From contig NC_134025.1 in assembly GCF_964204645.1 (NCBI RefSeq), positions 1,984,001 to 2,048,000 of the forward strand: a stretch of DNA of 64,000 nt, read 5' to 3'. The notes beneath the pieces are model-generated. The model was given only the letters and a program-made list of their open reading frames with translations. It did no database searches and had not been told where the DNA came from. This DNA comes from Tubulanus polymorphus. Its lineage: Eukaryota > Animalia > Nemertea. Below are positions 53,801-64,000 of the stretch, piece after piece; the stretch's first letter is position 1, and each line of letters opens with the position of its first letter. Made by a program: the position numbers and the translations under genes.

Positions 53801-56800
53801 ATCCCTAACGTTAAAGAACGACGCATGTTCATCTGGCCAAGAACATGCAAGTCTGTAGCCAGGAACCTTCAAGTGTAATTCTTTAATCTAAAAAAGGAAA
53901 GCTTGTCCTCCAAAAGCAGGACAAAACAAGAAAAAGAGCTAACCCTTTATAGCCCATCAATAACTCTTATCCTAGCTAGGCCCACCTCGAAGTTTAGAAG
54001 TTTGTTTTGTATGAGGCCTGAGATCGTTACAACGCCATGTCTTATATAATCCTTAGGTTGATCTGGAAATGTGGTTCAAGAATTGCGTCAATGATTACTG
54101 TTCAGCGCTAGCTGATGTTGATTACCCGGAAGGTAAAACGGCTGTGATTTGTACCACATTCGGCGCTCTGGCTCGGGAGTGTGCAGCGTCTTCAAGTGGA
54201 ACTATTCAGATATCGTGGAGAAAAGCTGATCTGTGTCGTAAGTCACTCGAACGTTTATCCTTAATTGTATTCTTCGAAGCGAATGAAATTAATTATAATC
54301 AAATATCTTTGCAGCGAGACAATGTCCCGACGGTATGGAGTACTCTGAACACATGCCATCGTGTCCGCGAACCTGTGCTAATCTCTATCAGATAATGTCC
54401 AGTGATTGTATCTCAAATGTTGTTCCCGGATGCCGGTGTAAAACTGGAACTTTCCTCTCGGAAGGCAACTGTACTGCAGCTGAAAAATGTCCATGTTATT
54501 ATCAGAAAAAGAAATACGAATCTGGAGAATTCGTAATGAACGAATGTAATAAATGGTAAATAGTTATAGTGTTGGTGACTGTATGAATACGTGTGAAATC
54601 AAATGAAAATGATTGCCGAATGTAATTTGAATATATTTCTTTAGCTCTTGTAATGCTGGTCGGTGGAGCTGTACGAAGAAACGATGCCCGAAAAAATGTA
54701 AAATTCTAAACGATCACGTTTTCCCGTTCAGCGGTAATTCGTACACGATGAAAGGTGGTGATTGTGAATTTGTGGCGATTGAGGTAAGACATTGACCCCA
54801 AGCTGCAAGCAGTATAAAAAAGTATTACATCAAAATCTGTGTTACAGATAATCCTACAATCATCGTGTATTATTATATCGTGACAAGCTGTACTTTGTCT
54901 AATGTCCTTTTTAGACCGATTCCAGCTTTGAATGACTTTTTTATGCGGTCCTGGTCGCGTTTCTGTGATTTTGAATGGTTATGATACAGTCCTCTAGCTA
55001 GCTTTAAATCTCCATTCACATTTAAGTTCGTTTTAGTGCATTTTATTGTTAATAATCTTAAACCGGCACTATTTCTGTATAGTCTTGTCATAATCATTTC
55101 CTAAGGTCTAGTATAAATTCTGCAGTATTCTTAACCCTATGAAGCAGTTTAAAATGAACTTCCTATTAGTGCAGTCTAGTCTTCAGTTACCGCCTCAGGC
55201 CGATCAGGTTTTTGCGTTCACAACTGGTTTGATTTTCATGATCTTATGTTATATTGCAAAACAAACATCCACGGAGAAAAACGCTGGTCTACCAGTAGAA
55301 TAGCCCGTGGATCATAAGATTAGAATCCATTTTATAGAAATTTAAAAGATAAGACACAAAATTTATTTATAAAAAATAAGATCAAAACACACGACTTTTC
55401 TGGCTCTCTCTAGAGACCATCATTAGCCGATAGCTTTAAGCTTTTTTCGCCCTTTTAGCGCCATATAAGAGTAAGATCATTGATAAATCATTAAAATTCT
55501 TTTTAGCCAATGCTGAAATATGCGAATAGTTCAGATACACGAACTCAGCTTGAGGTAACAGTGTCCGGAGATTGTGCGAATGGACAGTTATATCAATGCG
55601 ACAAGAAAATAAACATCAAATCGAACAACGTAGCCATGTCCATCGAAAAGGATTGTGTACTGAAGGTTGAGGGTATTCAGCAAAGACTTCCATATCATAA
55701 CTCGGAAAAGGGAATCTACGTGAAGAAAGGAAACTCAATTTTTGCGATAATTAAAGTATTTGGTGCAGAAATATTGTATGATTGCAGAAAACGAATGCAC
55801 GTGATCCTCTCTCCGTTCTTCCTCAACAAAGTAAGAAAATAAAAACTAATCGGATGATTGATATGAGATGAATATAATAAACGGATGGAATAATAGCGAC
55901 AAATTTGCCGTAATTTTTTGTATAGATTCAAGGTATATGCGTAACAACTAATCCCGAAGGTCTACGATACGTGCCGAGAAATGAACAATTCCAAGATGGA
56001 GAAATGGCTTTCTTGAAAAGTTTTAGAAAACCAACCGCGTGTTTTGACAACGATAAACAAGTGGATCTCATAACCGAAGCTTGCATCAGCGACAAAAGCG
56101 TAAGTTGTTGTTTTAGATAAAACAGTTCGTATAATTTTGAGCCGAGAAGAAACACAATATCCGTGTACGATGATTATACGTGAGCAACGCCTGTTGATGT
56201 CTAATAATCTTTAGCCGAAACTTCGCTCAAATATATATACACTTCTATTCAAGAACTTTTCATTTTTTGGCTGAAGTATTTGTGAGATATCTCGCGTTTA
56301 ATTTGCAATCTTATTCAGATACGCGGTAGGCCTATATTGGTTTTTTTTCAATACCGTTTTAGCGCGAAACGGAAGCAAAAGAGAAATGTAAAATACTCGT
56401 TGATGAAAATGGGCCGTTTGCAGCTTGTAAGGAAGCCTTGTCTGAAGATCTATCGGTATATTACCAATACTGTCTCGATGATATCTGTCTATCATCGATT
56501 GACCAAGTAACGCAACGTAAAGCCCAGTGCGATGCGATCGCTAGTGCGTCGCAGGCATGTGCTAACGCAGGCGTCATCGTTAATTGGATAAAGACAAATG
56601 GCCTGGAGTTCTGTCGTAAGTTTTCACAATTCTAACTAGTTAAAACTGGAAATTTGGTTTGTAAGAAACAACTATACGAAAGTAAATTTTGCGTTTTTAG
56701 TAAATGTTTATAGCTGCGATGGTGGCTCGAGCTACGACGAGTGTTCCGATTGGTGTCGAACTGATTGCCGAGATTTGCAAGTCTCGCCTGTATGTGACAA

Positions 56801-59800
56801 GTCCAAGAAACACTGTGCTCCCGGGTGCGGTTGTAAAGGAAAGAAACTGCGAGATGATCATGGCGATTGTGTGGATGTGAATGAATGTACCTGTTATAAT
56901 CAATTCGACATGATCAGTCCCATTAAGAATGCCGGTGATGAAATCAAGAGAGGCTGCGCTCAATGGTAAGTCAATAATCGCATAAATCAGCCATGGATAT
57001 CACCGGTATACAATATCGATGAAATGTTTGCTACTTTAAAAAAGTATATTCATCTTATTTTGGAAATAATTCTATTCATGAAAATTATTATCAGTAATGA
57101 ATTAAATATCCCATATTTCTAAAGGCAGTTGGAGAAATGTTCAACATCATTAATGTCTACTCTGAGTGTTCATATTGTTTCGGTTCAACTTTGTAAAAAG
57201 ATTATATGAAAATAAAAAAATCAAATCACATCACATCATGTCAGTCATCATTATTGCTTTTAGTACGTGTGCGAATGGTACATTCATCTGTGGAAAGGAG
57301 ACATGCGCAGAAAAAGTAATCTGTCCTAAGAATCAGGTGTATAGTCAAACTAGGCCATGCTTGAAACGTTGCAGCGACGCCGGTTTCCAGTCGACATGCG
57401 TTAGTCGAGGAGAAGGATGTGGCTGTCCAGCCGACAAAGTTCTATCACCGAGCGTAAGTATCAAAGATACATTTAACTGAAATATGAATTTATCTTAAAA
57501 CAAAACTTAATCTCATTGAATTTCGTGCTGATTGATTTATCAGGGTCAATGCGTCGACCAAAGCGAATGTCCGTGCGTGATGGGAGACAAATTCTATCCA
57601 TCGAATTCCACGATGAAAGACATGTGCAAGACATTGTAAGTTCATTTGAAATAGATCCCTCGAAGTTGTTGATATTGCTTGTAAAGTCGATAGTTTAATA
57701 CATCGATATCTTTCGAGTATAATTCACCGTTATGAAAAATGTGTTTTTTTCAGCGTTTGTGAAAACAGTGTTTGGGTGCAGAAGGGCGATCCAAACGTAG
57801 AATGCCCGGCGGTGTGTGTAGCTACTGGGGATCCTCATTACAGGACATTCGATAAGAAAGACTACGATTTACAAGCCCATTGTAAGTTAACGCTGGTCAG
57901 AGACGTAAATCAAGTATTCGACGTAACCGCAGAAAATGTAGAATGCGGAACATCTGGAGTCGCGTGTACAAAATCAGTTGTGATTTCATATAGAAATCAC
58001 ATCGTTCATTTGTTGCGCGGAAAAGACCTGCAAGTTGATAATGCGACCATTGACAAGAATGCAGCTGAATTCGAGTTAGACGGCATAAAGATCCAAAATA
58101 TAGGTCTTTTCAAATCGGTGATACTCGAAAAAGAAGGCTTTCAATTGATGTGGGATGGTGGCACTAGGGTGTACACATTCCTCGATCCAAAATGGAAAAA
58201 CAAAGTTGAAGGTCTCTGTGGAAACTATAACAATGATATAGATGACGAATTTCTAACCTCATCGGGAACGATTGAAACATCGATATCAGCATTTGGTGAA
58301 TCTTGGGCATTAGATTGTGTCGTGAAATCGCCGGAAACAACTTTGAAAGCGGATGCTGGGCCTTGTGAAGGAGTAAGTTTGGGATACTTAATTTTTTTTT
58401 TGTAAACATAGACCCGTTCGATTAGATAAATGTATAGTTTTGTCTAAAATTATAACGAATGACACTTTCTTTCCTAGTTTGAACATAGGCAAACATGGGC
58501 GATGGAAGCTTGTAGTATTCTTACAGATACGCGTGGACCATTCGCCGAATGCATCAAGCGAATCTCAGGGGTCGCTAAGTACCATAGAAATTGTGAACAT
58601 GATGCCTGTCGATGTGACAAAGGTGGCGATTGTGAATGTTTGTGTACCTCAATTGCCGATATGGCTGAAATGTGTAACAAAAATGGTGTTTACGTGAAAT
58701 GGAGAACTCAACGACTTTGCCGTAAGTAGAACATTGTTATTTTCCCATCGTAAGTTATAAATCATCAGTTACAGCGATACATGTGTAATTCATTCGCATT
58801 GACGCATTTCTCTTTTTTTTCAGCTATAATGTGCGAAGGCGGATCTCAATATTCACCTTGCGGATCTCCATGTGCGCAGACCTGTAAGAATATTGGTGAA
58901 GAGCAAGAAGAGCATTGCAAGATATCATCGTGTGTAGAAGGTTGTTTTTGTCCTCCAGGAACAGTTAACAATGGTGAGTGTAGCGCGTGAAAATGATATC
59001 GCGCCAATTCTGAGAATGACCACAGCTGACCAACTCATTTTATATATATTCATAGATGGAGTTTGTATACCGGCTGATAGCTGTCCGTGTTATATTAACG
59101 GAAATGCCTATCCCGCAGGCACCACTCTAATGGACAATTGCCAAAACTGGTAAGCTAAGTTTTATCCTGGCGCATTGCGAGATAAGCCAGAAATCAGAAA
59201 AAGTTTTCAGTTCGATAATCTTCTGTATTAAACATTCAATTACAGTACCTGCAAAAATGGAGAATTCACTTGCGTAGGAAGTGAATGTATGAATAAGACA
59301 TGTTCACCTCACGAATTTGCTTGCGACAATGGGAATTGTATCAATGGAGGTTGGAAATGCGATGGTGCTAATGATTGTGGAGACTATTCTGACGAGTCTG
59401 ACTGTGAAGGTATTTGTTCAATTAGAGACGTGATTGAAAACGAGCTTGATTTTGCAACGGAATGAAAAATGGAATAAAAAAATGATAATAATCATTTGAT
59501 CGAATAGCCTTGTCTACCCTAATTGTCAATATGATCAAGCGAAAATAGGATTCAATTCAAAAAATGAATCACCTTCACTAGCTCAATATCTTCGTTTACA
59601 AAATACATTCGTTTGCAATACATTGAAACATTAGAAAACTCCAAATTTGAATAATAACATAACTGATGAATATCGATGTAAATATGTACACATTGATGTG
59701 AATATTGCGTTTTCTTCTAATAGTTTCCTCTTATCTCTTCATTGTAAATATCCCAATGATATTATAATTACGGAGCGTATAAAGAATATAATTCATTGAG

Positions 59801-62800
59801 ATAGCTTCCATTTTGAGTTCCCAATATGTGCTACATGTTACCTGTATTAATTTTCAGTCACTTGCGATCCCGATCAGTTTCAATGTGTTAGAGATAGAAA
59901 ATGTATACCGAAGATACACGTTTGTGATCACGTAGGCGATTGTCTTGACAATTCGGACGAATATCAAAACTGCTGTAAGTTTTTTTTTCCGTAAATCTCT
60001 TCAAATCTTTAACCTTAAGGGTTCGTGGGTTAGGGCATTGGTTTTTATGTACGTATGTCTTTTTTCGTATAGCGTACTGCCACAAAGGACAATTCAGATG
60101 TGACAATCAAAAGTGTATTTCAAGCAAGCTGAAATGTGATGGAGCATACGATTGTGGAAATGGGGATACGAGTGATGAAAAGAATTGCACGGGTATGTAT
60201 TTTTAATAGCGATGATTTAAAATGTATCTACCAAAAGTTGGTCTTTGGAATAAGTTCCATGGTTAGACGAGAAGATACACAATATCCGCGTATGATGATG
60301 ACGAAAAAAATCCCGCAATAACAAAGCCAAAATTGAAAAATTCTATATCAGAATGATTGTATTTGAGGAACGTCGCTCCTCAAATACAATCATTCTGATA
60401 TAGAATTTTTCAATTTTGGCTTTGTTATTGTGGGATTTCTCTCGTCAAGTTCAATGGTAGTCACGATGTTTTTCAATGTAATTCTTAAGTTGACGAATGT
60501 ATCAGCAAAGATGTATTCAAATGTACGAACGGAGACTGTAAGCCCAGTTCGCAAAAATGTGATGGACATGATGATTGTGGCGATGGCTCGGATGAAGTTG
60601 GTTGTGCAACTACTAGTAAGCATATAGTTTGCTCTGTCCAGATCGGACCTACTCAACACCGAATACTAATCACTTGTTTTACGTCTTTTACAATACGTTT
60701 TTTTAATAGTGTCTTCGATGTCTACAATGATACCAACAACTACCAGCGCAACTTGCGAACCTGGTGACTTTGTTTGCGATAACGGTAACTGCCTGAAACA
60801 GACAAACGGGTCGTTAATTTGCAATAAAATCAACGACTGTGGCGACGGAACAGATGAAAATAACTGTGGTAAGTGTTCTTCGATAAGTGAACGTTGATAA
60901 CGATTTTGACGATTTTTTAAAGTTTATCCAACAAAACGGGATACGAATTAATCACCATAAGGAAAAGAGCCTCCTGTAAATATATATGACACATTTTTCC
61001 AAATGATTTGAAAAAATAGATAATGATACTTAACACGTTGCCAATATTACAATACGGGTAAAATGACCAGTCTCAGAACTAGGATAACAATCTGAAATCT
61101 TCGCCACCTTCCGAAAATCGCTTTCAAGCTTTCCTGTATTCGACCATGATCCGTGGTTAGACTAAAACTGAGTAAATCGGTTTTTCTTTTTCTTCAAAGG
61201 AACTTCTCCAACCACAACTATAATGGGCTGTCTCAATGGAACATTTATCTGTTATTCAAATAACGAATGTATTAACAAGACCAAACTTTGTGATGGAACA
61301 CCAGATTGCCCTGATGGTTCTGATGAAAGCAGATGCTCAACCACAGTAACAATCACCACGATTAGTATGTACCGATTAATGTATAAATTATTCCGTACTG
61401 TTCAGTTTATATATGACAATTCAATTCAATCTAATTCAATTTAATAAAACTCTTTGTTATACGGTTATATCCATACGCATTGAGGTTACAGACTACAAAG
61501 AAAGATATGATATGATATGATATTCTAAATTTATGTTCAGGTCCATGTTCGAGCCAGGAAGGCATGGATGACGAAGCTGTCATTCCACCGGGTTACATCC
61601 AATCAACTGATGGCATACCAGAAAACTTGCGTCCGAGTGCTTCAACGCCATTTGTATCTAACAGTAGCACGGTCACTGCCAGGATTATTTTAGATACGAT
61701 AACTCCTATCGAACTTGGTACTATAAAACCAAAAGACCCCCAGAATATAATAGGATATCTAGTTGAAATCAAAAGAAATCCTGGTAGCGCGTTTGAACCT
61801 GTTGGCCCTGTAAGTAGAAATTTCTTATACCGACAATTATTTGATGATACTTTTAAGAGACAACGACGTAATAATAAAAAAATTAAGAGATTGGAGGAAA
61901 AATGTGAAAATATCAGCAATGATGTAATTCTAGGGAGACACCAGCACACCAAGAAATGTCGATGGCAACTTTGACCCAAATATCCCGGTCATATTCATGC
62001 CTGGCACAAACGCTGTAGAAATTGAAATAACCTTTATCAAGTCACAGGAAACAGGAAAACCAATATCAACGAAATTGGAACTATTTGCCTGCTATCATGG
62101 AGGTAAAAATACACTTATTATTCCCCTTGGCTTAAACGCTAACCCTAATAAAAAACAATCATTTTCACAAAACTTATCAAATTTAATTCAAAGGCACACC
62201 AAGAATCAGCACTACTACCATTGCACCAAGCACGCTATCGGCAACACAACCCCCAGTAACACCAGGTGTCACTCAACCACCGGTAACACCAGGAGTCACT
62301 CAACCACCAGTTACACCAGGTGTCACTCAACCACCAGTTACACCTGGAGTCACTCAACCACCAGTAACACCAGGAGTCACTCAACCTCCAGTAACACCAG
62401 GTGTCACTCAACCACCGGTAACACCAGGAGTCACTCAACCACCAGTAACACCAGGTGTCACTCAACCACCAGTTACACCTGGAGTCACTCAACCACCAGT
62501 TACACCAGGAGTCACTAAACCACCAGTAACACCAGGCATCACTCAACCACCAGTCACACCAGGTGTCACTCAACCACCAGTAACACCAGGCGTCACTCAA
62601 CCACCAGTCACACCAGGAGTCACTCAACCACCGGTAACACCAGGAGTCACACAACCACCAGTAACACCAAGAGTCACACAACCACCAGTAACACCAGGCG
62701 TCACTCAACCACCAGTCACACCAGGAGTCACTCAACCACCAGTCACACCAGGTGTCACTCAACCACCAGTAACACCAGGCGTCACTCAACCACCAGTCAC

Positions 62801-64000
62801 ACCAGGAGTCACTCAACCACCGGTAACACCAGGAGTCACACAACCACCAGTAACACCAGGAGTCACTCAACCACCAGTAACACCAGGAGTCACACAACCT
62901 CCAGTAACACCAGGAGTCACTCAACCACCAGTTACACCAGGAGTCACTCAACCACCAGTAACACCAGGAGTCACCCAACCACCAGTAACACCAGGAGTCA
63001 CCCAACCTCCAGTAACACCAGGAGTCACCCAACCTCCAGTAACACCAGGTGTCACCCAACCTCCAGTTACACCAGGAGTCACTCAACCTCCAGTAACACC
63101 AGGAGTCACTCAACCTCCAGTAACACCAGGAGTCACCCAACCTCCAGTTACACCAGGTGTCACCCAACCTCCAGTTACACCAGGAGTCTCTCAACCACCA
63201 GTAACACCAGGAGTCACACAACCTCCAGTAACACCAGGAGTCACCCAACCTCCAGTTACACCAGGAGTCACTCAACCTCCAGTAACACCAGGCGTCACTC
63301 AACCACCAATTACACCAGGAGTCACTCAACCACCAGTAACACCAGGAGTCACCCAACCTCCAGTAACACCAGGAGTCACCCAACCTCCAGTAACACCAGG
63401 AGTCACCCAACCTCCAGTAACACCAGGTGTCACCCAACCACCAGTAACACCAGGAGTCACTAAACCACCAGTCACACCAGGAGTCACTCAACCACCAGTT
63501 ACACCTGGTGTCACTCAACCACCAGTAACACCTGGTGTCACTCAACCACCAGTAACACCAGGAGTCACTCAACCACCAGTCACACCTGGTGTCACTCAAC
63601 CACCAGTAACACCAGGAGTCACCCAACCACCAGTAACACCAGGAGTCACTCAACCTCCAGTAACACCAGGAGTCACTCAACCACCAGTAACACCAGGAGT
63701 CACTCAACCTCCAGTTACACCAGGCGTCACCCAACCTCCAGTAACACCAGGTGTCACTCAACCACCAGTAACACCAGGAGTCACTCAACCACCAGTTACA
63801 CCAGGAGTCACTCAACCACCAGTAACACCAGGAGTCACTCAACCACCAGTAACACCAGGAGTCACTCAACCTCCAGTAACACCAGGTGTCACTCAACCAC
63901 CAGTAACACCAGGTGTCACTCAACCACCAGTAACACCTGGTGTCACTCAACCACCAGTAACACCTGGAGTCACTCAACCACCAGTAACACCAGGTGTCAC
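50895..64000 (+). CDS. gel-forming mucin / SCO-spondin-like VWD protein (EMI-like, EGF, TB-like, 3x VWD-C8-TIL, 6x LDLa, discoidin-like, PTS repeat); 3' end lies beyond the window
   Basis: 30 exons in continuous frame: 50895-50971, 51986-52198, 52319-52380, 52464-52571, 52646-52819, 52969-53159, 53235-53588, 53664-53777, 54057-54237, 54315-54555, 54645-54783, 55507-55830, 55926-56099, 56363-56615, 56701-56965, 57264-57453, 57544-57635, 57754-58372, 58478-58721, 58824-58973, 59056-59149, 59246-59409, 59858-59974, 60073-60192, 60490-60615, 60710-60868, 61200-61364, 61541-61809, 61934-62102, 62194-end. Motifs: signal peptide, [40 protein letters not shown], and CDGxxDCxDxSDE LDLa repeats. Confidence 0.9.
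60299..60447. repeat. near-perfect 149-bp palindrome in a mucin intron
   Basis: Arms of about 74 bp (TGACGAAAAAAATCCCGCAATAACAAAGCC...GAGG / CCTC...GGCTTTGTTATTGTGGGATTTCTCTCGTCA) with about 4 mismatches and almost no loop. Confidence 0.92.
62250..64000 (+). repeat. coding 27-bp tandem repeat encoding PPVTPGVTQ, at least 64 copies (mucin PTS-type domain)
   Basis: CCACCAGTAACACCAGGAGTCACTCAA repeated in frame with the exon starting at 62194; variation is mostly at third codon positions. Confidence 0.95.

Noticed and set aside
62235-63977. 580-aa Trp/Cys-rich ORF on the minus strand
   Set aside because: Antisense shadow of the 27-bp coding repeat. Variation is synonymous in the plus-strand PPVTPGVTQ frame, which is spliced in frame to the mucin.

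Overview
AT-rich genomic DNA from an intron-containing eukaryote, most likely a spiralian invertebrate (inferred from gene content and repeat types). The left ~30 kb has no recognisable protein-coding gene: only repeats, transposon relics and a few exon-like or promoter-like patches. The right ~33 kb holds five compact spliced genes whose exons I reconstructed by hand from GT-AG junctions and reading-frame continuity. They are: mitochondrial acetyl-CoA synthetase (ACSS1-like, 14 exons, -), a paraoxonase/arylesterase (9 exons, -), MRPL48 (6 coding exons, +; almost invisible in the ORF track), a secreted protein with three VWA domains (-), and, head-to-head with it, a large gel-forming mucin/SCO-spondin-like gene (+). 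That last gene encodes signal peptide, EMI-like, EGF, TB-like, three VWD-C8-TIL assemblies, 6 LDLa, a discoidin-like module and at least 64 copies of a PPVTPGVTQ repeat that runs off the window end. The most interesting observation is this divergent VWA x3 / VWD-mucin pair, a candidate co-regulated mucus or adhesive module. No prokaryotic features, CRISPR arrays, rRNAs or intact tRNAs were seen.
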